In this document: piece after piece, positions 35,197 to 46,988 of the stretch | Numbering within the stretch: position 1 is the stretch's first letter | Layout of the letters: each line of letters opens with the position of its first letter | Source: Cyanophora paradoxa CCMP329 | Taxonomy: Eukaryota; Plantae; Glaucophyta | Direction of reading: 5' to 3' | Assembly (NCBI GenBank): GCA_004431415.1 | Contig: QPMI01000622.1 | Location: 1-64,000 of the forward strand | Length of the DNA: 64,000 nt | Made by a program: the position numbers and the translations under genes | Notes under the pieces: generated by a model | Told to the model about the DNA's origin: nothing | Databases searched by the model: none | Seen by the model: the letters and a program-made list of their open reading frames with translations, nothing else

Positions 35197-36494
35197 CTAG
35201 AGGTTGGCGAGGGCGGCGTCGAGGTATGCCTCGACCTCGGCGTCGCCCCCGGCCGCCCCCCGCGCCGCCTCGTACGCCCCCCGCGCCCCCGCCCCGTCCC
35301 CCGCCGCCAGCAGCGCGTCCCCCTTCCGCACGTGCCCTGCACGCCCCGCCCCGCCCCCTCAGCGCCGCCCGCCGGGGGCCGTGGGGGCGGGGGCGGGGGC
35401 GGGGGCGGGGGCGCGCCCTTCCACCAGGCGGGGCGGGCGGCGACGGCGGCGTCGGCGTCGGCGAGGGCCCCGGCAGGTCCCCCGCCGCCGCCGCGCCGCG
35501 CTGCGGTTGCAGAGGAGGGCCCCGCGCAGGCGCCCCGCCGCCCCGTCCCCGGCCGCCTCGGCGCGCTGCGCGAGCTCGAGGCCGCGCGTGAAGGCCGCGG
35601 CCGCCTCCTCGGGCTTGCCCTCCGCCCACAGCTTGCCGCCCCGCATCTTCTCGCGGATGAGCTCGACGAGGTCGTCGCTCACGGCGAGGCGGCACGTCTC
35701 CTTCAGCGCCGCCCGCATCTTCGCCGACGAGTCGCACCCGACCACCAGCTTCTGGCCCCCGGCGCCCACCACCACCACGTTCGGCCCCGACCCGCTGCCG
35801 GCCCCGCCCCGCCCGCCCCGCCTCGTCAGCTGGCGTGGCGGCCTGGAGGCGGGGCGGGGGTGGAGACCAGTGGGCGAGGCAGCCGCCGGGGGCGACGTGG
35901 ATGTCGTCGGGCACGAGGTCCCTGAACCACGCCAGCACCGTCTCCGAGCTCTCTGCGCTCCGCCTTCCGCGGTCTGCTGCGGGCAGGCGCCGGCGGCGAG
36001 CGGAGCCGGGGATCGGGGCGCACGCTGGTGGCACGTAGCCCGAGAGCAGACAAACACCGCGCCCCTCGCGGACTCCGGCACCTCCTGCAGCGGCGGACCC
36101 TGCGTGAGCGCGAGCGCTGCAATCGAAGATGTCGGAATCTTCTCGCACGAAAGTGGCGTCCTTCTTGCCCTCTCGCGCAGGCGAAGAGACTGCATCAGCT
36201 CGGATCTCGAGCTTCAGGGGGCGCTGCTGCCCGGATGTGCTCGTCGCGCCTGAGATCATGGTGACGTTGAGTGCTCAGCGGTACTAGCGGCGCCGCTGCG
36301 GGGCACGTACGCGGAAGAATAGTACTGCCTACCACCGGCTGGCCACGGAGCGCGGTCCGAAGCCGCAGTGCGACCGCAGGCCCTTGAGGCTGCAGCCCTG
36401 CGAAGCTCTCAGCGCGCTGGAGCCGTGAACGGTGTTGATTTGACTCACGGTGCATCGGAGATGGCGGAACAATTCCGAAGAGAGCGCCAGCCAT
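35197..36494 (-). CDS. Thioredoxin-like [2Fe-2S] ferredoxin domain plus TPR protein, probably plastid-targeted
   Basis: Spliced VFVCSRATCHQ|QSSETVLAWFRDL...GGCLAH|CGSGPNVVV (Cx4C...Cx3C-GP), then TPRs (EEAAAAFTRGL, ALLCNRSAAR, WWK|GHVRKGDALL). The leader starts MAGALFGIVP. One apparent indel near 35460. Confidence 0.78.
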
Positions 36495-36564
36495 CGCCGC
36501 AAGGTTGCCGAATTCCCTTGCAAACCGGTCGCGAACGAAGCACGCGACACTACCCCTGCGCCTC

Positions 36565-39500
36565 ATGGCCGAGGCCTCCGCCCCCGCCTCGGGCGGGGCG
36601 GCCTACCTCTACATGAAGACGCTGTGCAGATCGGGGGTGGTGCTGCACGTCGCGGTCGGGCGCTTCCGCCCCGGCGAGACGCTCGTCGTGTTCGCCAAGG
36701 TGCGCGCCGGCGCGGCCGGCGCGTGCGCGCGCGTACGCGGTGTGACGTTGGGTCTCGCGGCAGCAAAACGTGCTGGAGCTGCTGGCCTTCGGGGAGGATG
36801 GCGAGCTGCAGTCGCTCTTCGAGCAGCCGGTCTTCGGCACCGTGCGGGACATCGCCGTCGTCCCGGGCTCCAGCGTCCAGGCCGCCGGTGACGACGAGGT
36901 GCGCCGCGGTCCCCGCCCGGCGCCGGCTCGACGCCGCTCCGCTCCGGCTCACGGGGGCGCAGGCGGCGGACCTGCTGGCCGTCGTCTCGGACTCGGGGCG
37001 GCTCTCGTTCCTGGCGGTGGGCGCGGACCGCTTCCGGCAGGCGGGGCACGTGGCGCTGGCCAAGCACGGCAGCCTCGACCGCCGCGAGCTCGGCCGCTCC
37101 CTCGCCGTCGACCCCCGGCCCGCCCCGCCCCGCCCGCCCCGCCCCGCCGGGCGCGCCTGAGGCGGCGCAGGGGCCGGTGCGTGGCGGTGGCGGCGTTCGA
37201 GTCGCTGGTGTACGTGTACCCGCTGGGGCGGGGGCCGTGCCCGGCGGAGGAGGGGCGGCGGGTGCTGGCGTTCGCGGGGCGCGGGGCCGCCGTCTGGGAC
37301 GCCGTCTTTCTCGAGCCCGCCGGCCCGAGGACGCCCTCCTCGCCCTCCTCCTCGTCGCCCCGCGTCCGCCCCCCGCCCCCGCCCCTGCCCCGCCCGCCCC
37401 GGGGGCCCCGCGGGGGTGACGCGGGGCAGGCGGGAGGGTGCGGGGCGGGGGAGCGGGTGTTCGAGCTGCGGGTGGTGCCGCTGGACCTCGCCCGCGGCAC
37501 GGCGGGGGCGCCCCTCGTGCACCGCCCCGACCACGCGCTGCCCCCCGAGGAGCTCCAGGAGGGGCCCCACTGGTGGCCCCACCGCATCGCTCCCGTCCCG
37601 GGACGCCCCGCCTGCCTCCTCCTCTTCCAGGCCCGCCCCCGCCCGCCCGCCCGCCCGCCCGTCCGCGCCGCGCCGCGCAGCTCACCGGCGGGCAGGAGGG
37701 CGCGGTGTCGCTCTTCGACGCGCGGGAGGGCCGCGTGCTCGCCGCGGCGCCGCTGCCGCCGCCCTCGCAGGCGCCGCACCCCGCGTGCGCGGAGCCGGCG
37801 GGGCTCGCCGTCGGCGTCCTCGTCGAGGCCTTCGCCTGGGAGCGCGAGGCGGCGGCCGGGCCGGGGCGGGGCGGGGCGGGGGCGCGGCTCTTCGCGACGA
37901 CGGAGCACGGCGACCTGCTCGAGATCCGCGTGCGCCCCGCGCCCCGTCCCCGCGCCTCACGCCGAGGGCCGCCCCGCGCCCGCAGGTGCACCCCGCCGGC
38001 CCCGCAGCGGCCTCGGCGAGCCCCCCGCCCCGCGCCCGCGGCCCCAGGCGCTGACGGCGGGGGCGGGCAGAGGTGGGGCCCTGGGGCGGGTCGGGGAGTG
38101 CGCGGCGCTGGCGTCGCTCGGGGGCGGGCTGCTGCTGTGCCCGTGCCAGCACCGGGACGGGGCGGTGGTGCAGGTGGCGGGGCCCGGGGCGGGGCCCGGG
38201 GCCGGGGTGGAGGTGCGGGGGGAGATCCCCAACCTGGCCCCCGTCCTCGACTTCGCCCTCGTCGACTTCGACGGGGAGAACCAGGCCCGCCCCCGCCCCG
38301 CCCCCGCCCCGGAGCTCGCCCCGAGGCGCGGGGCGGTGGTCCGCAGGACCAGCTCTTCGCGTGCTGCGGCATGGGCGAGGGCGGCGGCTCCGTGCGCGTC
38401 GTGCGCAACGGCATCGGCGTGCGGCGCGAGGCCTCCGCCCTCGCCGCCGCCGCGGGCCCACCGCGAACGGCCTCTGGGCGCTGCGGGGGCGGCCCGGGGA
38501 CGCGCACCACCGCTTCCTGGTGATGGGCTTCGCGGGGGCGACGCGGGTGCTGACCCTCGCGGGGAGGCCCTCGAGGACGTCACCGAGGCCCGCCCGCCCC
38601 GCCCCCCCCCCCCTCCACCTCCCCCCCCCGGCCGCCTGAGGCTCTGGCGGCAGGCGTCGGGGCTGCGGGACGCCGAGTCGCTGGCGGCGGGGCACACGGG
38701 CCACGGCGAGTGGCTGCTGCAGGCCACCCGCGAGGGCGTCACCCTCGCCCGCCCCGCCCCTCCCTCGACCCCGCCACGGTCCGCCCGCCCCCGGCCCCCG
38801 CCGCCTGCGCCGCCGGCTGAGGATGCTGGGCAGGGATGGCGGGGGCGCCGGAGCAGGTCCACTGGAGCCCGCCGGGGGACGAGCCCGTCGCCCTCGCCGC
38901 GGCCCGCCCCCCGCCCGCCCTCCGCCCCGCGCTGCGCCTGACGGGGCGCGCAGGCGGGCGGGGCGCACGTGGTGCTGGGCTGGCGGCCCCTCGCGCCTCC
39001 TCCACCTCGCGCTCGCCCCGCCGGCGGCCCCGGGGCGGCCCCGCGCCTGCTCCCCGTGGGGGCGGCGGAGCTGCCGCACGAGCTCTCCTGCCTCGAGGTC
39101 CCCGCCCCGGAGGCCTGCCGGCCCCACGCCCCGCGCCCGGGCGCCGCCCCGCTGCGCTGGTGGGAGGGCCTCTGCCTCGTCGGCACCTACCGCCCCTCCC
39201 TCCTCGTCCTCGCCCTCGCCCAGCCCGGCCCCGCCCCCGCCCCGCCCACCCTCCTCGGCGCCGTGCCCCTCGAGCACGCCTCGGGCCCGCCCAGCGTGCC
39301 CGAGTCGGCGCGGCTCGTCTCGACGGACCGCCCCGCGCTCTTCGTCGGCCTGCGCGACGGCTCTGTCCTCCAGTTCGACTGGCGCCCCTTCGACGCCGCC
39401 GCCGCCGCCGCCGCGGGGGCCGCCCCGCGCCCTTCGCTGCGCCCCGGCCGTGCGCCGCATCGGCGTGCTCCCCATCCAGGCGCGCCCCGGCCCCGCCCCC

Positions 39501-41679
39501 GCCCCCCGCGCCGCGGGCGGCTAAAAGAAACGGCAGCTGGTGCACGCGAGCGGGCTTCGCGCGGGCCTCCTCGCCCTCTCCGACCGCCCCTGGCTCATCG
39601 ACTGGGGCCCGAGGTCCCGACCCCGCCCGCCCCCTCTTCCCCGTCGCCCACGCTCACGCGCCCGGCGGCAGGCGCCGCGCGTGACGGCCCCGCCGGCCTC
39701 GTCGGGCGGGCGCCCGGCCTCGCCGCCCCGCTGGGGCCTCCGCGGCCTCGAGCGCGGCGTCGCCGCTGCGGGCGGGGCGGGGGCGACGCCGCCTCCGGGG
39801 GGGGCGGGCCTGGTGCGGTACAGCTCGGTGAGCTTCGGGGCGGCGACGCACGCCGCGCCCTTCGTCGCCCCCGAGCTGCCGCGGGGCGTCTGCTTCGTCG
39901 CCGACGACGGCAGCCTCCACCTCTGCTCCCTCCAGCCCGCCCGCAAGCTCAACGCCCGCTCCTTCCCCGTCCCCGCCGCCTTCCCCCCCGCCCACGGCCC
40001 CGCCCCGCCCGGCCCGCCCCTCCCCTTCTACCCGACGCGGCTGCTCTTCCACGGGGAGAGCCGGGCGCTGGCGGTGCTGGCGAGCCCGGCGCCCTCGCCC
40101 TCCCTCGCCTCCCGCGTGCTGCGCGCCGGCGTGCCCCCCGCCGACGTGCGCCTCCTCGACCCCCTCTCCGGCGAGCTCCTCGCCGCGTGGCCCTTCGCGC
40201 CCGGCGAGGTCGGCACCGCCCTCGCGCGCTTCTGCCCGAGCCCCGCAGGGCCCGCCTTCCTCGCCGTCGGCACCGGCGCGCCCCGCCCCGCCCCGGCCCC
40301 GCCCCCGCCTGAGAGCGCTGACGGGGCGCAGCGGTGGGATGGCCGGCCTCTCGTGCCCGAGGGCCGCCTCCTCCTCTTCCGCATCGACGCCCCGCGCCCC
40401 GCCCCGCGCGCCCGCCCCCGCCCCGCCCCGGCCCCGCCGCCTCTGACGCCCGCAGGGCGGGGAGGCGGAGGAGGGGGAGGCGGCGCGCGGCGCGCGGGCG
40501 GCGGGTGGCGCGGGCGGGGCGGGGGACGCTGCGGCTGGCGCTGGTGGCGGAGCACCGGTTCCAGGGCGCCGTGGCCGCCCTCGCCCCTTCCAGACCTCGT
40601 GCGGGGCCGCGGCGCCTCCCCCTCCCCCGGCCCGCCGCTGAGGGGCGCAGGTACCTGGTGGCGACGGCGTCGGAGCGGGCGCACCTCGTCGCCCTCGAGG
40701 AGCCCGAGGAGCCCGACGCCCCCGCCGCGGGCCCCGCCGCCCCGGCGAGCCCGAGGCGGCGCCCGGCCGGGGCCCGCGCCTCGCCCTCGTCGCCCAGGCC
40801 GCCTCCCGCGGCTTCCTCTCCGCCGCCGCCGCGGGGGCCGGCCGCCTCGTCCTCGCGGACCGCCAGGAGAGCGTCGCCTTCTACTCGTGGCGCCCCGGGC
40901 AGCGCAGGATCGCCCTCCTCCGCGGCGACGCGCGGGCGCGGAGCGTGATGGACGTGACGGCGCCGGACGACGAGACGTGCCTCGCGGTGGACGCCGCCGG
41001 CGTCGCCTTCCTCGCCAAGTTCGACGACGACGACGGCCCGCCCCGCCCCGCCCCGCCCCGCCCCGCGCTGACGCGGCGGGGCGCAGTGGACGCGCACTGC
41101 GAGCGGAACCTGCGGGGGGAGTGCGAGGTGCAGACGGGCGAGCTCCCCACGCGCCTCCGCCTCGGCTCCCTCGCCTACCGCGGCGCCCCGCCGGCCTCCC
41201 CGCCGCGGGCCCCCGGCCCGCCCGCCGCGATGGCGGGGACGATGCTGGGCGCGCTGCTCTGCTTCGCCGGCGTTGCGGCCGCCGACTTCGCCCTCCTCGA
41301 CGAGCTCCAGCGCCGCCTCGCCGCCGTCCGCCCCGCCCGCCCGCCCCGCGCCCCCGCCTGCCCGCCCGGCCCCGCCTCACGCCGCGGGCGGCAGCACGCG
41401 GAGACGCGGCCGGTGCTGGGGCACGACCACGGGGCGGTGCGGGGGCGGGTGCGCGGGGGCGCCCCCGGCACGCCCTCGACGGCGACCTCCTCGCCGCCTT
41501 CCCCGCCGCGCCCCCCGCCCTCCAGCGGTGCCCCCGCCCGCCCCGCCCCACCCCGGCCCCCGCTGACCCCGCGCGGGAGCAGGGAGCTGGTGGCAGAGTG
41601 GCCCGAGGGGGCGGGGCCGGGGCCGAGCCCGGAGGCCCTCTGCCGCCTCCTCGACGCCCTCGACCAGCGCCTCATGTGA
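36565..41679 (+). CDS. DDB1/SF3B3/CPSF160 triple-propeller family protein (plant At3g11960-like paralogue)
   Basis: YLYMKTLCRSGVVLHVAVGRFR...VFAK|QNVLEL...FEQPVFGTVRDIAV...DLLAVVSDSGRLSFL...LGRSLAVDP, IPNLAPVLDFALVDF...DQLFACCGMGEGGSVRVVRNGI, ELPHELSCL, LLALSDRPWL, ALDGDLL. Several apparent indels. Confidence 0.85.
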
Positions 41680-42565
41680 CCCCGCAGCGAGGCCTCGAGC
41701 TGCGATGCCTGGAGGGTCGCCGAGTCGCAGGGCCCCCGGGCCCCAGCGCATCCTCATCCCCGGCGCCCGGACACTTTCTGACTGCCGATACTGCCAGCTC
41801 CTGATACTCTACCGTGGCATATTGCACATGTGTATGCTGCCATGGGAGGAATCCTTTCTGCGAGGCCCTTGCAATTTCGCAATTTCAAGAGGGGTCCGAC
41901 GGTCGACGTCGCCGACTCGGCGAGTCGTCCTGGGCGAAAGGGTCTGATCATGATCCGCCCCACGGCTACAGGCCTTGAGGCCCTGATCATCGGATCATCG
42001 GATCATGAGAATTCGAAACGCTCATCGGATAATCTAGAGTCCGAAGGTCGGGGTCCCGATCACACACAGTGCCACTTGGCCACTTCACAGCCTGGCAGCT
42101 TGCGTCATCACGAAAATTGAAACTTGAAACGTGATCATGACTAGAACTGCGCATGAGGTGCCACGGTGGCCTCCGAGGCTCCAGGGGGTCCGAGGCTTGC
42201 AGCCACCGACGCTCCCGATGTAACTAATTTATCAATATTAACATTAATGCCGCGAGGCGCGCGCCACGCCTTATGTGCACGGTGGGGTCTAATTAGATCT
42301 AGATCTAGCTGGAGCTGGCGAGGCTGGCTGTGGCCCACGCCTGCACTGTGACAGCAGCTGAAAGCCTCTATGATCTAGCCGAGGCCACGGTACGATAGCC
42401 GCCTGAGCGTAGCTATAGGGCCTGCGGCTGATCATGATGTCGACAAGTCGAATTGCCTTGCAAGCCCGCGGCCGGCGGCTGCAGCCTGCGGGAGGCGAGG
42501 GCCCGCGGGGCCGCCGGGGAGGGCAGAGCGCGCGCTGCCAGCGCCGGGTGCCTCCCGCCGGCCCT

Positions 42566-43864
42566 CTAGACGCAGTGGATCTTGGATCGCAGGGCGAGGG
42601 GCTTCCACTGGGGCCGGGCCGCGTGAGCAGCGGCGGAGGCCGGCAGCGGCGGGGGCGGGGGCGGGGCGCACGGGGAAGACGATCCAGGAGTCGGTCTCCC
42701 CGCCGTGCGCGTTCGGGCCGTCCCCGGGGTACCTGCCCCCACGCGGCCCGTCACGGAGGCAGGGGCGGGGGCGGCAGCGGGAGGGATGGGGCGGGGCGCG
42801 CTTGTTCATCTCGGGCTTGAAGTAGACCGTGCACGTCGTGACCTGCCCGCCGGCCGCCCCGCCTCAGCCCCCGCCCTCCACCCGGCGCCGCGGCGCGGGG
42901 CAGCGCGGGCGGGCCTGGGCGGCGCCGGAGGCGAGGGCGCGGCTGCGCACGAGGCGCATCGTCTCCCCCGAGTCCTGCCCCGCCGCCCCTCAGCGGGGGG
43001 CATGGAAGCGGGCGGTGCGGGGCGGGGCGGACCCAGACGTCGTCGACGACGAGCACGCGCTTGCCCCGCAGCGCCTCCTCCCTGCGCCCCGCCCCCTCAG
43101 GCCCCCGCCCCCCCCGCGCGAGGCGGGCCGACGGGGGCGGGGACGGACGGCCAGAAGAGGACGACCTGACGGGGCGGCGGGGCGTGAGGGGGAGAGGCGG
43201 GGCGGGCGGGGGCGGGGGCGGGGGCGGACGGGCTCGGTGAGGGTGGCGCCCGAGGCCTCCGCGCTGTAGAACTTGACCGACGCGGCCACGCAGCACCGGA
43301 TGTCGCTCGCCTCCGCGATGATCGACGCCGGCACCAGCCCTGCCCCGGTCCCCCCCGCAACCTCAGACCCCGAGGGGGGCGCCGACCGCGCGGTCGGCGC
43401 GGGCCGGCGCACCGCTCCTGGCCACCGCGAGGATCATGTCGAACTGATCCTTTAGTTCTTTGCCACCTTGTTGCTCTCTAAGCTGGTCGATGCACGCGCC
43501 GCAGAGCCGCGTGATTTCGTCGTAGCTGCGAACCGTACGTGCGAGCTCGAGTGTGAGCCAGCGGAAGCCGCTGGCGGAGCTGCTGCTAGCGGATCGGGGC
43601 TGCTTGCGGCTTTGATCAGGCTTAAAGCGAGAGCGGCGCAGCTAGCGGAGCTCAGCTGGGCCGCTGCGGCCCGGCGGATAGCGGCCGGTTCGAGGGCCTT
43701 GTCCATATGGCGCCTACGGGAGCCGAGGTCTAGATGCAGCGTTTTACGCACCTAGGCCATATCTTCCTGACGTCGCTGGGCGCGCCCTCCGCCTGCCTCG
43801 TCTGGATGGGATCGAGCGGAGGCGGCGCGCGGTCCACGAGGTTCAGCCCAGAGTCGATTTCCAT
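42566..43864 (-). CDS. Type I phosphoribosyltransferase (xanthine/hypoxanthine-guanine PRT-like)
   Basis: Spliced KIWPS|YDEITRLC...FDMILAVARSG|LVPASIIAE...LRGKRVLVVDDVW|DSGETM (PRPP loop)...VYFKP...TDSWIVFP|W. Confidence 0.85.
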
Positions 43865-44309
43865 CGGTTCGGACGCAAGACAAGCGGGGATCGCTCGATC
43901 GGCCGCAAGATGCGAGGTCAGGGGGATCGAAGGCCGCGCGGGTACACAGCTTAACGCATCTTGGCCGGCCGAGCTTCCCAACCCGGACGCGCGCGCAACG
44001 AAAAATCGTTGCAAATCTCGTTGCGGCTACATGCTACATGGCCGTAGCCGCCGGCTGTGCTAGAATAACAAATCTCCTTTTGTTCAGCTACTCACTGACG
44101 CCGTGCGAGGGCTCGCCGAGCTTTCCGAGCCGTGCCTTGCACAAAGACGAGCGACGGTGTACCCGCCAGGCAACCGCCATTGTCCGCCAAGCCGCCGCAC
44201 AGAAGCTTAAGCGCCAAGCCGCCAGATCAGATCGTCCTTGATCTGCGATTACGATCGTGCGGCGCGGACAACGCGCACGGAGGCAGCAGCTTGACCGCGC
44301 CGCCGCCCA

Positions 44310-45736
44310 ATGGCGCGCCCGGCACCGGCCGCAGCGGCGCCGCAGATCTCCACCCCGTGGGTCCACGTGAACACAGGGACCTCGGTGATCGAACCGCATT
44401 CCCTCAGTCCGCCGGAGGCGTTCGGCATCGTCGAGGCCGGTGTCTGCAGGTCGAACGCGCCCAACTCGCTGAACTTCCGATTTCTGGAGGAGCTCAGGAT
44501 TAAGACCGTCGTCTACCTGTCGCCGGAGGTGCCCCTGCGCGCAGTGACGAACTTCCTGGAGGAGAACAACGTCAAGATGGTGCGCGGCGGCGTGGGCCTG
44601 CCCCGCGGGGCGCCCGGGGCCGAGCGGGGCGCAGGTGCACCTTGGGCTGCGGTTCATGCGGCCGGAGGTGACGTGGCGGCCGATCAGCGAGGAGCTGATC
44701 AAGGAGGCGCTGGAGATCGTGCTGGACGTGACCCAGCACCCCGTGCTCGTCGTCTGCACGTGCGCCCCGCCCCCCGACACCCGCCCCGCCGCCCTGACCC
44801 CGCGCCAGCTCGGGGATCCACCAGACGGGCACGCTCGTTGGCTGCCTGAGGCGGCTGCAGCGCTGGGGCCTCAATGCCATTATCGACGAGGCGCGCCCCG
44901 CCGCCCTCGGCGCCGCGCCGCGCGTGCAGCCGGGGCGCTGAGAGGGCGGGTGCGCAGTACCGGGCCTACGCCGGCTCCAAGGCCCGCTTCGTCAACGAGC
45001 AGGTGCCGCGGGGCGGGCGCCGCTCGGGCGCGGCTCGCGCGGCGGGGCTGAGGGGCGGGGGCCAGTTCATCGAGCTGTTCGACACGGACCTGGTGACGCT
45101 GCCGGCGGCGCTGCCGGCGTGGTTCGCGGAGCAGCAGCGGATGCTCGCCGACGAGGAGGAGGAGTTCGCCACCGTCCGCGAGCTCCTCCGCACCCACGGC
45201 ACCCTGCCCCCGAGGGCCCGCCCCGCCCGCCCCCGCCCGCCCCCGCCCCGCTGAGGGTCCCCCGCAGGAGGAGCAGGCGCGGTCGCGGCAGAGCTCGCGG
45301 GCGGAGCGGGACGGGCACGGGCCCCCCGAGGAGGGGGACGGGCAGGAGGCTGGAGGGAGCATGCGGGGCGGGCGCACCAGCGTGCCCGGCGGTCGGCGCT
45401 CCTCCGTCCCCCCGACCACCGAGAACCTCTCCCCCGGCCTGCCCCCCGTCTCCTGGCTCAAGGGTGCAGCCCCGCCCCCCCGCGCATCCGTCCCGCCCCC
45501 TCTCACGCCCCGCCCCAGGCTACTACGCCCCCGCCGCCCTCCCCCGCGTCTCCCTCCCCCCCGCCTCCAACCCCTCGGCCGCCTCCGCCCCCCGGCCGCC
45601 GGCGTCGCCGCGCCCGCCGGCCTCGCCGCGGCTGCAGGCGCCGCAGCTGGTGCACCGCCCGCCCACGCCCGTCGCGGGGGCCCCGCCGCCCCTCCCGGCC
45701 GGCTGCGAACAGTACACCTTCTGTTCCGAAATTTAG
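44310..45736 (+). CDS. SIW14/OCA-family (PFA-DSP) tyrosine phosphatase-like protein
   Basis: [53 protein letters not shown]...HPVLVVCT|[19 protein letters not shown]...IIDE|[15 protein letters not shown]|[10 protein letters not shown]. Confidence 0.88.
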
Positions 45737-46050
45737 CCCTGAGTAGCGCAGGCAGGCAGGCTCTTCAAGAGCGAATCCGTTGACTTCTTTGAAGCATCCC
45801 GCGGCAGCGCGCAGCCCCCCCACGCGTACGCCGCTGGAGCTGCAGAGCCGCGTCTGCAGCGATTGCACGGCCATGCACGCCCTTCGGGACGATGCGCGAA
45901 GGAGTCGCGCTCGCTTCATGATCAATCTCCTGTACAAACACAGATTACAATGGGATTTACAGGCTCCGGCGGCCGCCGCCTGTGCATGGGTGCGGTGGGC
46001 GCCGGCGCGTCGGCTGTAGGGGTACAAGAGGCGTGGGGCGGGGTGCGGGG

Positions 46051-46879
46051 CTAGAGGAGGGGCAGGAGGTGGCTGCCGCCCCCGAGCTCGAAGAGCTGGA
46101 GGAAGCCCTGGAGGCCGGCCTGCGCCAGCTCCGCGTCCGCCTCCGGGCACACCGACGCCGCCCCGATGCCCCCGACGCAGAGCGCCGCCCCGCCCCCCGC
46201 CCCGGGCGCCTCGATCAGCACGGGGAGGCCGCCCGGCCCGAGGCCGGCGAAGCGCGCCCCGAAGGCGCCCTTGGCGAGGGCGGCGGTCTCGCGGCGCGTG
46301 CCGGCGGCGGCGTACGCCCTCTCCATGGAGTCCTGCAGGAGCAGCGCGGGGGCCCCGTCGAGGCGCTCCAGGGCAACCAGGCTGCTGCTCCCGTCCGCCA
46401 CCGCGAAGACCGCCGCCACCTTCAGCTCCCGCGCCCGCGCCTCCGCCGCCGCCAGGATCGCCCGCGCACCCTCCAGCGACAGCGCCGGCACCTTGTGCAC
46501 CATCTGCGGCTGCCCAGGCCTCGGCACTGCGCCCGGCGCCGGCGAATGCTCAATTGGCTTACCATCGAGTGCGCGACGAGGATGCGCGTCGTGGATGACG
46601 ATGAAATGTCGATGTCGTGGTCGCAGCGAATGAGCTCGGGGCGGCGAGGGGCGGTGCCGGCGGCGGTCGATTGCGGTCGACGACGCTGCGCGTTCGGCGT
46701 CCCCGGGGTCGCCAAGGTTTGCAGTTGCGTGGCAATGGCCACGGCTGGACGGAGCCGGCCGGCGGCCACGGGGGCGCTGTAGCTGGGGACGAAAACCGGC
46801 AGCTACGTATGCGGACGGTTAGCAAGCAGGAGGGCTGCGAAGGGCGCGAACGCGGTGAGTTCTAGGAGATACGCACCAT
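46051..46879 (-). CDS. GlcG/HbpS heme-binding family protein with probable plastid transit peptide
   Basis: LSLEGARAILAAAEARARELKVAAVFAVADGSSSLVALERLDGA...GGLPVLI...VGGIGAA...DAELAQAG; proposed leader M|LPVFVPSYSAPVAAGRLRPAVA. Confidence 0.78.
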
Positions 46880-46988
46880 TTCCAGGGCCGCGAGCAGGAG
46901 CTGGGCCGCGAGCAGGCAGCGCGCCGGAATCGCCGCAACGTCAACGCTGCCAACGCGGGGCTTGGGGGTACGCGAATAGAGAAGCGCT

